NCBI GenBank assembly: GCA_002104905.1
Contig: MCFE01000459.1
Span: forward strand, 7,585-71,584
DNA from: Basidiobolus meristosporus CBS 931.73
Taxonomy: Eukaryota; Fungi; Basidiobolomycota
DNA: 64,000 nucleotides
Direction of reading: 5' to 3'
Shown: in pieces, positions 35,387-48,621 of the stretch
Layout: every line of letters begins with the position of its first letter
Numbering within the stretch: position 1 is the first letter of the stretch
The notes under the pieces: generated by a model
What the model saw: only the letters and a program-made list of their open reading frames with translations
What the model was told of the DNA's origin: nothing
Database searches by the model: none
Made by a program: the position numbers and the translations under genes

Positions 35387-38300
35387 GGGGAGTAATTGAC
35401 GTGCTCAACTTTATGTTTGTAGTATAGACACTCAAATCCCATCACAAACTCCTTGCATAGAAGCTGCAGATGTATCAAGTTGGCATTGGTAATCTGCTTC
35501 TGGATGAAGACTTCTAAAATTTCAGCATATGACTCCCAATGCTTCCAATGTACTCTTTATAAAGATGACTTCAGAAGGCTACTTGAACAAATGCATATCA
35601 AGTACATCTAGTCCTTGCATTTGTATTGTCACATATGTATATGAATATTGATTGGAGCCCAGGAGAAGCTTTGGGGTTGCAAATACACTGTGATATCTGG
35701 CTGTTTCTCTCAGGTTTCCCTGTTATCCTGAAGGGCTTATTCAGCTTGAAGTGTTCAGGTAATACTTGGCCATTAACAAAGACATATTGCAGAGAAGCAA
35801 ATGCATTGCTCCCAGCAGACACTTTTGCTACAACCAATAACCTCTATCTTAAGCATCTCTAGTTTCCAATTAATTCCACATTCCCACCAATGGCTTGTAG
35901 CTTGCCAACCTTACTGCAATTGCATGCAGATATCTGCACATTCCCTTTTTAGGAAGATACTATTCCTAGTGTTGATGTTTGGATAATAATAATGTGTGTA
36001 AGTTATAAAGTAAAATTCCTGAATCTCACACATTCTTAAGTAATATTATCCAGTGTGCCCAAAAAAACTGGCTCTCTTCTGATGGCTGGGGTGCATCCAG
36101 TGTAGGTAATTATATATGCTTTGATATGATAGTTATTAAGTGGTGACCCACTGGAAAGCATACAAAACTCTTACAGGAAGCTGTCCAGGTTGGATGGTGA
36201 TTTAGGCCCATATACCTGTGAGACTACCATCAGATCCCTGCTCTGATACCATATGATGAACAACCAATTAAGGTTAATCAATATCAGTGGCCAGCCAGAT
36301 TTGCGGGTAGAGTGCTTGCTTAATGAGAATACATCAAATGCCAAGGCAAAGGCATGATCAGACATACCTTCAGAGAAGTCCTTTCTTCTTAGTGGTTTGT
36401 AATATTTGCCATCAAATATATCCATAATGCTTGTACTTCATTAATACTGAGTGCCGCACTATAAAGTCTCACAATAATTAATGGACTGCATGAGCTTCTT
36501 TAGACAAGGTGTCAGTGAAATATATCTAGAGGGTTAGTAATGTTATCCTCTAAAGATGGTGAATATCCAACCAGTTGGACACCTTGCAATAGTGGTATTT
36601 TCCAGTGTGAATGCCATGCAGCTATTAATACATGCTGTTAGCAGGTTGGTCTCTGGGTTATATGTTATCAGTTACATGACAGCTGCTCAGTTGTACCATG
36701 TAAATGGATAGTTACATCCTGGAGTGATTTTGCTAAGAGGTAGTAGTAGCTCCTCAATGCCTTCATTACTAATATTTGTGGAAAACACCACCTCTCTAGC
36801 CACAACATCACTTCATTCACCAGTAAATGTATTACTGGGCTTACTTGACTCCACAAAGTATCTGTGGCATTTTTTCAACAGGTGTTGTCTCATTGCCTGA
36901 TGGGATTTTACTTGACTCATGCAGGGTACAATTGTTAGGGAAGAGAGGCTTACAATCCATCAGTGAGCCTGCTTCTTCAGAGCTATCACTCTGTGTGCCA
37001 TATTCAGAAGGCTGGGGTGAGCCTTAAGGTGTCACAAACTAACTTGACTCAGTTTGCACATGGTGACAAGTACTGCCTGATGCCATTACAGAAGTATCAA
37101 GTGGCCAGCAAGGTATTGTTGGTATGGTAGTGACTGGTGAATGGTCAAGTATAGCATGTGTGGCAATACACTGGCCATGATCCTTATAATACTTTCTATG
37201 CTGTCTGTGTGCTTCATGGCTGAATGGCTTGCTACAATGACCATATGGTCTTTTTCTCTTCTCTTACAGCATTGAATCAAAGTAGTCTTGTCCATAGGGC
37301 AAACAGTTTGATACTCAGGAATATAATGCCATTATATCACTCTCTGGTATCATAAGTGCTTTGTATTGATTGTACTTTAGGGCTAATAATCATATATAGT
37401 GCCAGTTAATACCAGTGGACCAATATAGTGCCAGATAGTACCAGTGGACCAAGATAGTGCCATGCATTTTTGTGACATGTTACAAGCCACAGGAGCTAGA
37501 TTCAGAGTGCCATGGGCATTAAGTACCAGATACATATCTTCAATCCTTTTGTGCACTTACACATGCTGTACAACATTAACCTAAAAAAAAAGCCAAAAAA
37601 TGGATTTTTTCAAAAACAATGGGTGAAACACAGGGGCTGCTCTGCATGAAGATGCAGAGCTATGTTGCACACTCTGTGGCCAAGTATAGGCTCACTTGGC
37701 CTCCCTGGTACACTATGGCATCATTTGGCACTCTCCAACTGAACAAGTCTAATATCCCCAGTAGAGAAAGCAGTATATTTGCTGCAAGGAAGAAACTAAA
37801 GTAGCTCAATATCACAGCCAAGCATAGAGCCATTTCCCATTATAACAGCACAGGAACACCATACAGTCTTTGAAGCATAACAACAGTGCCCAAAAATAAA
37901 GTCCACAGAAAACAAATCACAGCATAAGAGGGCAAAAATGCAATGTTTATACCAAAGCCTAAAAATCAAAAGACATTGAAGATCCATGAAGCCATTGAGT
38001 GCAATGAGGTAGAGTTGGCTAATATCTAAGAGGTCATTAGAAGCCTAGCTTTCCATCACCTTAAGGCCAGCATACTATGGGACCATCAGGAATTCAAGGC
38101 CAAGCAGAATATGCTTAACTTGCTCCATGAGCATTATCCTAGATTCAAACAAGTAAACAGATTTTGGGTTAGCATTGGTATGCTAGAAAAGTATCTCAAA
38201 AATAGCAGAAGCTATCAAAGGCAGAAGAGCAAGGGCATAATGGCCAAAAGCCAGTGGCTTGCTTCAGAGCCTGTTACAAGCACAGCCCAAAGCCCCAAAC

Positions 38301-39067
38301 AAGCATCAAAGAGACATCAGGTAGCTAGAGGAGCACCAATAATGAAAAAGCAGGCAGTCACAGATGCACCAGCACAACATTTACTAAGGTAGAAGCATAG
38401 TTCTACTCTAAAAGCCCTCAGTCAAAGTAGCAGTGAAGGACTGGCAGTGATAAAAACAAGAGACTACCTTAGGTGCCCATAACAGCATGTGCTGAGAGCT
38501 CAAAACAAGCAGGAAAGAAGCATCCAATTGCATGCAGAGTGGAAGCAAGGGACAAGCAGGCCAAAACAGATGCATCAGAGCAGCATTTATCAAGCAGAAA
38601 ATGTAGTTCAATACAAGAAGTACATAGACAAAGTAGCTCTGAAAGACCTGCCAGTGATAAATGAAAAGGTAAAGGGTAAAAGGTCTACCCAAGCCAGAGA
38701 CAGGGAAGTGTGAGAAAAAAGCTGCAGTTCTTGCCAATTAATGCCATAGGCCTGGAAGTAACTGAATCTGATCATAGCCAAGAACAATTGCCCAACAAGG
38801 AAAGAGATGTTTTCACAAGAGTTGGAAGCTCAGCCAGTTAAGCTACACTCCAGTGAGGTAGATGAATTGCCTTTCTCTGGAAATTCTTCTACCACAGCCT
38901 CCATGTCCTCAATTGTTGACATAGTGGAGATCCCTCTAAGAGACAAGGTAACAATGTCAAGAACTCAAAAGGTAAATCACAATGCCTTTTGTAGTTTTTG
39001 GAACAATCATAGGCACACCAAGAGGTTGCAGCACTTGGACAGGTTCATTACAATAATTTTGATAGGG
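35387..39067 (-). mobile_element. CACTA/EnSpm family D copy D1 (left-truncated): transposase remnants 35400-37295 (-), ORF2 remnants 37754-39035 (+), right end ...TAATTTTGATAGGG
   Basis: DIFDGKYY..ALAFDVF..WPLILINLN..GPKSPSNLDSFL is a Transposase_21-like signature; collinear with D2. Confidence 0.85.
37380..37750 (+). mobile_element. Orphan right end of a non-autonomous family-X-related element
   Basis: AGTGCCA subterminal repeats and GAACAAGTCT|AAT terminus; shares ~45 bp with 40989-41035. Confidence 0.7.
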
Positions 39068-40770
39068 AACTAATTCTGCCTAAAATTGTACAAAAATTTT
39101 TGATCTGGTATTATAGATCTTGCTGTATCAGTTATTAATATCTTTGCACATTCCATCACTCCAGTTTGCTGTGGCAAGTATGGTAGAGTAGTCTTTTGCT
39201 TTATCCTATGAATTTTGCAGAAATGAATGACAAGTCTTGATGTATTTTCACCATTATCTGAGCATATTTTCTTGATTCATTCACCAGTTTCTCTCTCCAA
39301 CATGACTTTAAGCTCCCTGAGATTCAACAGAGCTTCTTTCTTTCTTTCCATAAAGTGGAACCATTTGTAACTTCTATAATTATCAATACTGATGATTAAA
39401 TACAATGTACTACCAAGGACTCATTTTGCATAGGTCCAAGCAGATCTTGCTGAGTCAGATCTAATTTTTTCTTAGTTTTGCTTAGCCCAGAGCTCTTGAG
39501 CAGTGTCTGGTCTGTCTTCAATATTTGTAGGCTTCACATTGCTCTAAGCTAGTTGGGGGATCAATTTGTATTCCAGAAATTAACCAACTGTTAATAATTT
39601 TGCACAAATAATCACAATTGATGTGTTCAAATCCAATGTGACAAAGCATTGATGCTTCTTCATTTAACTTACTTATATTGGATTCCAGATATGATGGAAT
39701 GTAAGTAAGCTTGTATAGATTCTGATCTCTGATACCCAAAGTAATATGAGCACCATTTTGATCAGTTTTCCCGCTTAAAGAATTGCCAAAACTAAAACTG
39801 AGTCCTACTGCAGTGGCCTTGCTTACAGTTGGTAGGTGCTTGGTTATTTTGGGTACACAGAGTACCTCTTTGAAGGTCACTGTGTGGCTTACTTCACTAC
39901 ATCTAAGGTTGACTTGGATAATTCCTGCTCCAACTGCATCAAGTGTTCTATTGTCATCCATGAAAACCTTCTTGGTTGGAGCTTGATGACAGTTGGTAAA
40001 GGTTCTTTTTGGTGTGTAAAGTCTTGAGACTCTCCATAGTCACTATTCTACATCTGAGCATCCTTGTTTGTGATCATATCTAGTGAGGACATGAATAGTC
40101 TATCTTCAGATGTAGCAGGATTTCTGTATTCAGGCTTTTTCTAGTGATTATCTCTCTTCTGCAGGCTCCAGTCTGTTGTGTGGCCTTTCCTTTAGCAGTA
40201 GTTGCAAAGCAGGTTGCTGTGGCCCATAAAGGGTATTGAGTACCTTCCTTGCAGGTTATGACTGCTTATTAAAGCATCTCTTTTTCCTTTTCATTGGCAC
40301 TTAATATATTAACTCCTCATCCAGGAGCTTGTCAAATTGGTTATTTAAGTTCAGGTCTTTAGTTCTAGACTCTAGGGCTAATACAAGGCCCTGAGACTTG
40401 TCTGTCAGGCTATTCAGGATGGCAAATATCATATCCTCAGCAGTAGTTGGTACACCAAGATATTTCATATCATCCACCAGCAGGATAATTCATTTACTTA
40501 TATTTTCCATATCTTCTCCTAGAAAATTCTTTGTAGTTAGGAATATTTATCTAAAATATATCTTTTTTGAAGATAAACATGACTGGTATCTGTCTTCTAA
40601 TGCCTTCTAGACATTCTTGGCTATTTTTGCTCTTGAGCATTGAGGCAGTAATTTGTCACTTACAGTAAGGCAAATGTGGTTATAGGCATTTTACTCTTTC
40701 TTCAGTACCTTAAGGCTTCCTTTCCAACATCTTCAGGAGGGCATTCTTCACCCATAAAATTTTGGATATA
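39068..40770 (-). pseudogene. Old Copia B fragment (gag to integrase), inverted
   Basis: Reverse complement aligns with 58275-59985 with deletions. Confidence 0.85.
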
Positions 40771-40771
40771 A

Positions 40772-42825
40772 TGCCTTAAAGTACCAGATGCAATAACAAA
40801 GTACCTTAACTGCATTTGCCTCAATGTCAAAGAGAAATTGCTAATTCAGTGCACACAAGCAAAGACTGCAAAGAATGCCAGGAAGGCATTAGAAGATATA
40901 TATCAGTCATGCTCAGCTGCTGAGATAATGTAGTTTAGACAAAGGTTCTTTACTATAATGATTCTGCCAGGGGAAGAAATGGAAAATACACTTGGCATCC
41001 CTGGTACACTATGGCATTGTTTGGCACTCATGGCTCAATGTGGCACCATCCCACAAAACAAGTCTAATATACATCAAAGCTCTTCTCCCACTTGCGCTAA
41101 ATTCCTGAGATAATGCAAGACCCTACTGTACCATACTCCCTACCATAGAATGGTGTGTCAGACTGTGCAAACAGATCAACAAAATTATCCTATGATGATT
41201 GGGTGGAATCAGTAGCCATAGCTGTATACCTTGAAGATAGGAGCTATGGAATCATACTTAGTGATCCTTCTCTATTTGAGGCATGATATAGATATAGACC
41301 AAGTGCACAACATCTCCAAGTATTTGGGTGCACAGCATATAACACAAAGCTGTTCAGAAATCTGGCAAATTTGTGCCAAAGAGTTTGAAATGCATATGTT
41401 TGGGTTACTAAAATGAGATTGAAGCATATACACTCAGCAATACTCATACAAAGAAGCTAAGCAAGTCCAGTGGTGTGTTGCTTATTAGACACTCAAAATA
41501 TTTGCCTATAATAACATCTGACAATGAAAAAAGGATTAAATCAAGTCCACCAATAGTCAGGAGTGACTGAGAGTAAGAATTATGAGACTTTTCTCTCTAT
41601 AGCAAGTTCTATAAACATGGTTTAGCCTGAATCAGTACGCAGGAATAGCACAGAAGTGATCATTCCAGTTTCCAAGCTGGGATATTCAATGGGACAAGAA
41701 ATTGCGCAAACTACTATATTGATGATGGTATAAACCTAGCCTATGCCTGTTCAGTCTATGTTGATGGGACCTCAACTGTAAAAGGGGTCTTAAATAGCCC
41801 TCAGATAAAAATTTGGAGATCTGCATTGAGTGAGGAGTATCAGGCTCTGATGGGAATCAAACTTGCAACTAAGTTAAGTAATCAATAATCAGGAAATTAA
41901 CTGGATACAGCTAGGCCTTCAGGACAAAATGCACAGATGACAGTACAACTGAATAGTAAAAAACAAGACTTGTGGCCAAAGTATACTTTCAAATAAAAAG
42001 ACTGGACCAAACTAAGACTTCCCCACTGGTAACCATGCTTAATACCATCAGAGTGGGATTGGCTATGGCAGACAAATATCAGTTTGTGATTTATCACATG
42101 GAAATAAAAGCTTCATTTTGAAATAGAGAGCTGAATAAAAATGTGTACAAGTACCAGCCTGAGAAGTTTGCTGACCAAGATAATCCCCATTTGGACAGCA
42201 GGATTAAGAAATCTCTGCATAGTCTAATACAATTGCCCAGAGCCTGGAGTTGCAAGATAGATTTATATTGTTAGTCATTGAGTTCTCAAAGGAGTACTGC
42301 AGACTAAAGTATCTGCCATAAGCCAGATATAGAAAGTCCAGTTATATTAGCTCTATATGTGGATTACCTTATTACAGCTATTAATAACCAAGAAACACTG
42401 GTACAGACTAAATCAAGCCTATCTAAGGCATTCTAAATATCCAATCAATGAGAACTCATTTATGACTTAGAGATAAAATTCTTCAGAAACAGAAATGCCT
42501 GGACTATTGCCCTAAGTCAATCCAGATATATTCAAGATATACTAATGAAGCACTAAATGGAAAACTGCAAACCAGCAGCTACCCCAACAGTGACAAACCT
42601 TAACTGGGTCAAAATTCAACTAAAGCAAGAGAGCTTGTAGCCATCTGAGAGCCCAAAATTCACTCACCAGTCTATGATTGGCTGTCTGATATGTATTAGG
42701 ATTGGAACATGTCCAGATATCTTGTATTCAGCAGTAGTTGTCAGCAATCATATTCAGAACAGGATCTTGTGGGATGCTCTGATGCTGATTGGGGACAAAA
42801 TATAGAAGACAGATGAACTACAACA
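40772..42825 (+). pseudogene. Old Copia B fragment (gag piece, then integrase-RT-RNase H), with an orphan X-type end at 40989-41065
   Basis: Aligns with 58334-58545 and ~59790-61700 of B4; AAACAAGTCT|AAT at 41065. Confidence 0.8.
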
Positions 42826-43479
42826 CTCTATGAAAATTAATTTGGTCCTGCCGGTGGATCCAATCCAGATCAGCTGTGAGGATCCTGCTTAGAGACCATC
42901 ATAGTACCATCAGCTTGGAGTTAGTGACCCTCCTAACAATGTTATGATGGGATCACAATGGTGCTTTGCTAATTTTAAAACCAAATAAAGGGATAAAAGT
43001 TGATGATATTTTATTGGTGCTGTGACAATATTTGCATGGTAATGTTGCAGTCTTTTAGCACTCCATGACTATTTCAAATGGATCCAATAGGCCGGGGCAT
43101 CCAATAGCCTTACATGGAAAGAAACTTGACAGTATTTTGATGGCCTCACAGCAAGACTCTGATGGCATTATACCAGCAGTATGACAGCCTACAACTGGCT
43201 CTGTATAATGCTACCACACCAACTTACCAAATGGTATTACCGTTTCTACCTCCCCTTGTGCAATTCATATATTCCACTGCAGAGTCACCCCTCTTTATTT
43301 GCTTACCCACTACTACCTTGGGTATTCCACATATAGATTGAATCAAGAGAAACTATGGCCTCCTGCTTACTAACCTCAACAAAGACACACACCTGCTGCA
43401 ATTGACATACTTTTATCACCTCAGCTTTACAGCTTTTTAGTATGATACTTACAAAGTTGCCATATACCTTGTACTGCTG

Positions 43480-45993
43480 CTAACATATACATTTTGCAAA
43501 CATATGCTTGGTTGTTGCCACTTCTGACAAGAATACCTCCTGTACATCCGCAAAGAACTTCTTGGTAGTTAACGAATATATTCCGTCACCCTGCTGGATT
43601 CTAGTCCCCCTTATAGGTGCGCTTTGCTTTTTGCTTGTGTGCATTCCATATTGAATGATATAGAAGTTGACTTGTGACCATGAGAAGTCTGGCATACCTT
43701 GGTAGAGTTTTCCTGATAAAAATTAGTTGCTTGTTGCACCCAACCCAACTTTGCATTACATAACTGATTACCCACAAATTGGGGCTGCTTAGCTTCTTGA
43801 TGCCATAGGCATAGATGTCTCTATGTGCACATCTGTCCTCAGTAGTTCCTACTTTTCCTGGCTGTCCTCTATGTGCCAACTCATCACATCCATGATGGTC
43901 TTGAAGGTAATATTCTTGATGAGATTGTGATATGTTAGTACCTGCAACTTGACTTGTCTCCCTCTCTCCCCACACATCTGCTCCACAGGAAACTCCCAAA
44001 ATGTGAGGCAAGACCCAATATTCTCCATATACCGTGTAAGATGGAGTAGAAAATGGATACAGTAGTGGCAGAGATACATGAGTTTAGCTTTATGTTTATA
44101 GTAAAGCCCCTCAAATCCCATCACAAACTCCTCTCACAACACCTGTAGATGCGTCTAGTTGCCGTTGGTGATCTGCTTCTGGATAAATATTCCTACAATG
44201 TCCACATATGCCTCCTAATGCTTCCAATGAACTCTTGGTAGGAATGGCTTCAGAACACTATTTGAATAAATGCATATCCAGTGGATCCAGTCCTTGCATT
44301 TGTATTGTAGCATATGTGTATGAATATTATTTGGAGCCCATGAGAAGTACTTAGGGTAGTGGATACTCTGTAATATCTTGCCAATTCTTTCAAATTACTC
44401 CGGTATCTTGAAGGGCTCTTTTAGCTGGAAATACCCCATGTACAACTTGGTCATCAGTATATGGATATTGTTGAAAAGCAAATGCATTGCTCCTAGTAGA
44501 AAGCTTTTGCTCCAACAGATACCCTCTATCTTAAGTATCTCCAGTTTCTAATTGATACCATATTCCGGCCAATGGTTTATAGCTGGCCCACTTTGCTGCA
44601 ATTACATGCTGCCTTATGTACATTCTCTCTGTGGAAAGATGATGTTCTTAGTGCTGGTGGTTGGGTAATAATAATGTATATGTTATGCAGTAAATCCCCT
44701 GGATCTCACACATTTGACAACAATACCATCCATTGTGCCCAGAAAAACCTGCTATCTTGCTGATGACTGGGGTATCTACAATGCAGATAGTAATATACAC
44801 TCTTACATGACAGCCATTTACAGTTATCCTGCTGGATAGCATACAAAACTCATCCAGCAATGGATACAGGTAGCTATCCAGGTTGGATGGTGATTTAGGC
44901 CCAGATACCAGTGAGACTACCATCAGATTTTTGCTCCAATACTGTTAGTTGGGCAGCAGATTCAGATTGATGAGAATCAGTGGCCAGCAGGATTTGCTGG
45001 TAGAGTATTTGTTTAATGAGAATCTATCAAGTGCTAAATCAAAGGTGGTCATACATACCTTCAAAGTAGCCCTTGCTTCTTGGTTGTTTGTAATGTTTGC
45101 CATCAAATATATTGGATACAATTGTGCTTGATTGATACTGAGTGTAGAACTGTATAGCTTTGCAGTATTTGTTGGACTGCATCAGCTTCCTCAGACAGTA
45201 TATGGCCAGAATATATCTGGAGTGTCAACAATGTTTTCCCTCACTGGTGGTGGATTCCTGACAATTTGGACATGTTGTAATGGTAGCATTTTCAGATGTA
45301 AATGCTATGCAACTGTTAGCACATGCTGGAACCGGGACAGTCTCTGGATCATATGTTGCCAGCTGCATGATGGTTGTCAACTTGTACCATGAGCATGGTG
45401 AGTCGCATCCTGGAATGATTTTGGCAAGAAGTAGTAATAAATCCTCAAAGCCCCCATTACGGATATTAGTGGAAATGTGCCACTTCTCTAGTCACAACAT
45501 TACATCATTCACCAGTAGATGGATGATTGGGCTCACCTGGCTCCATAAAGTATCCTTGGCATTTGCTTCAGCAGGTGTTGTCTCATTGCATATATGGGTT
45601 TGACCAGGCTCATATGTGGTACTGTTGTTGGGGGAGATGGGCTCAGAATCCATCAGTGAACCTTCTTTGTCAGAGCTATCACTCTGTGTGCCATATTTAG
45701 AAGGCTGTGGTGAACCTAAGGGCATCACAAACTTACCGGACTCAGTTTGCGCAAGGTGACAAAGATGGCCAGGAGCCAATACAGAAGAGAAGTATCAACT
45801 GGTTGGAAGATAATGTTGGTACAGTAGTAACCAATGAATGGTCAAGTATGACTTGGGTGGCAAAACACTGGCAGTGATTCTTCTTATACTTCCTATGCTT
45901 ACTGTGTGCTTTATGGCTGAGAGGCTTGCCACAATAGCCACATGATCTTGTTTCTCTTTTCTTACGGTGTTGAGTCAAAGTAGCCTTGTCCAT
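43480..45993 (-). pseudogene. D2 CACTA transposase (N-terminal CxxC..H, GPKSPSNLDSYL, DTP..K..GFSGHNG..C..C, HL..Y..IG....WEFPVEQMCG)
   Basis: ORF pieces 45742-45993, 44648-44923 and 43849-44124; many stops; C-terminal limit approximate. Confidence 0.8.
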
Positions 45994-46256
45994 GGGGTAA
46001 ACAGTTTCACCTTTAACAACTTAATGCTGCTATATCACTTTTTGGTCAATACTCATATGAACTTACAACAGTCTTGTATTTGAGACATTCCACTTACATG
46101 AATGTAAGATTCAATGATGACCTGCCATAGTAAGCACTATAAACAAAATTGTGGCACCACATACACCCATATATGAAGCACTATTTCCCCATTGGTTTGT
46201 CTCACTTCCATATATATGCCACCAAAACATAAAGCAAAGTTGTCAGGCTCACAACC

Positions 46257-48190
46257 ATGCCCTCCTCTGACAGCAGCAGAAGAATGGTTGGACAACAGCT
46301 TGCTTTGGCATTCAGTGCAACAAGTGTAGCTACATTCAAAAAAAGCCCTGTGGAGTGTGTGCCCATTGAAGGTAATAATGCGGACTCCTCAGGCTCTCAG
46401 TCAAGCAGGCAATTGAGAACCTCTGCTGAGCCACAAGCTGACTGTTATGCTCAGGCAGATGAGAGTGTAGCAAATGCAGTACCCTCAGTTGAAGATCAGC
46501 AAGTGGCTGTCATAACATCACCACCCCCCATATTAGCAAGTATGTTGTCAACTCATACCAATGCATTAATGAAGTAATTAGGTGCAGCGGCTGATTGTAG
46601 AGATGCAATGACCCAGAAAAGTCATTGAACAGTCCAGACACAGGATGAGCAGATAAAAGGTGTACAGCAATAAATATCTTGGGGAGAGAAAGCAGTATCT
46701 TTGCTGCAAAGAAGGAACCATAGTAGCTTAATGCCAGAGCCAAGAACTGTGGCATTTTCTGATGTAGCAGCAGAGGAACACCATAAAGTTTTTGAAGCAC
46801 AACAACAGTGCCCAAAGAAAAAGCCCACAGAGAAACCTATCACAGTGTGGGAAGGAGACAATGTGGTGTTTATACAAAAGCCTAAAGATTATAAACATTG
46901 AAGATCTGTGATGCTATTGTGTGCAATAATGAAGAGTGGGCTAATATACAAGAGGCTGTCAGAAGTCCAGTACACCATCCCCTTAAGGCTGGCATACCAT
47001 TGGACCATCAGGGACTTAAGGCCAAGCAGAATACACTTGACTTATTCCATGAGCAGTATCCTGGATTCCAAAAGGCAATGGACTTTGGGCCAGCATTGGT
47101 ATGCTAAGAAAGTATCTTAAGAATAGCAGAAACTATCAAAGGCAGAAGAACAAGGGTGCCATGGCTAAAAGCCAGCAGCTTCCTCAGGAGCCTGTTACAA
47201 GCAGGGCCAAAAGCTCCCAACAAGTGTCAAAGTGATGTCAGGTAGCTGGAAGAGTGCTAATCAGGGACAAGCAGGCAGACACAGATGAGCCAGCACAACA
47301 TTTATCAGGGAAAAAGCTTAGTACCACTCAAGAAGCACCCAGTCAAAGTAGCAGTGAAGGACCTGGCAGTGATAAAAGCCAGTGGCATTTACAGGAGCCT
47401 ATCACAACTACAGTTGAGAGCTCAAAACAAGCATAAAAGAAATGTCAGGTTACCAGAAGAGCACCAGCAAGGGACAAGCAGGCCAAAACAGAAGTGTCAG
47501 AGCAGAATTTATCCAGGAGAAAGTGTAGTTCATTACAAGAAGCACTCAGACAAAGTAGCAGTGAAAGACCTAGCAGTGATAAAGGAAAATGTAAAGGGAA
47601 AAATGTCTACCCAAGCCTGAGACAGGGAGGCATGCAAAAAAAGCTGTAGTTCTTGCCAATTGATGCTGCAAGCCAGGAACAGACTGAATACCATCATAGC
47701 CAAGAAGAATTATCAACAAGAGGGCAGCCATTCTCATAAGAGTTGGAAGTGCAGCCAGTAGATCCACACTCCAGCAAGGTAGATGAGTTTGCTGAAGAAG
47801 GCAATTTGTCTACCACAGCCTTCACAGCCTCCACTTCCTCCGTTGTTGCCAGAATGGAGATCCCGCTGACAGACAAGGCTACAACATCAAGAGCTTGAAA
47901 GACCATCACAATGCCTTCAGTGGAGTTTTGGAACATTAATAGGCACACCAAGAGGTTGCAGCACTTCTTCAAGAGCAGTGCTCATGAAAATGCACTGAGA
48001 TATTGCAAGGATTGATTGCAAAGACTGGCAGAAGAGGAGCTAGACCTTGCAGTGCTGGCTGAAGACCAAGATGTGTGGGAACCAGTAAATGAACAGTGGC
48101 ATAAAGCTGTTGCATTTCTGCCAAAGTTGTGGAACCAGAGCATTACAGCAGAAATACCTATTGAGTGGTGGATCTTAATGGAGTTACTTG
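46257..48190 (+). pseudogene. D2 accessory ORF2 of unknown function, with a 207-bp internal tandem duplication
   Basis: ORF pieces 46257-46577, 46701-46901, 46898-47107 and 47254-47436 have counterparts in D1; 3' limit approximate. Confidence 0.6.
47168..47581 (+). repeat. Two 207-bp (69-codon) tandem units inside D ORF2
   Basis: caggagcct at 47185/47392 and ag(t/a)caaagtagcagtgaa at 47341/47548; a similar repeat occurs in D1 at ~38250-38660. Confidence 0.85.
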
Positions 48191-48621
48191 CTTAGTGTGG
48201 GGTTGGGCTTAATGTTAGTGTAGGGTATAGAGACTTGTATTGGTTGATACATTTGGCAATTGAAGTACAACTGAAGTTTCAACAGAATCAATCAACTTGT
48301 ATGCATGAAAAGTAAGAGAAGCGGTTGAGTTAGGAAGTAAGGAGTGTGAAAAAGAGGCAATAGGCAATCAATTCACACAAATGTAGGAGGCAATAGAGTG
48401 TCTGGGATCAGAAAGTGAGCAAATTGGTAGGAAACCAATCAAAAGCCACTTATACATTGTTGTAATGAAAAATTTTGACCAAGTTTTTTGTGAAATCTGG
48501 AGTGCAATTATTTTTCAATGGTCTCTGGATGGTGTCCCAAAGGGATCAGTTCCTCTTAGTCACAGGACTTTAACTTTGTGATAGCCTTTTGATGGGATCA
48601 TTGCTATAATTTTTCATAGGG

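Larger units (their letters stand above)
42826..48621 (-). mobile_element. CACTA/EnSpm family D copy D2 (~5.8 kb, both ends present)
   Basis: Imperfect ~14-bp TIR CTCTATGAAAATTA / TAATTTTTCATAGGG; decayed transposase on the minus strand and divergent ORF2 on the plus strand. Confidence 0.8.

Noticed and set aside
35387-35427. Novel C-terminal extension of G2 integrase (GGVIDVLNFMFVV)
   Set aside because: Read-through into the adjoining CACTA fragment at a breakpoint.
37390-37500. CRISPR-like or satellite array (atagtgccag..accagtggacc)
   Set aside because: Short irregular repeats without unique spacers; they match family X subterminal motifs.
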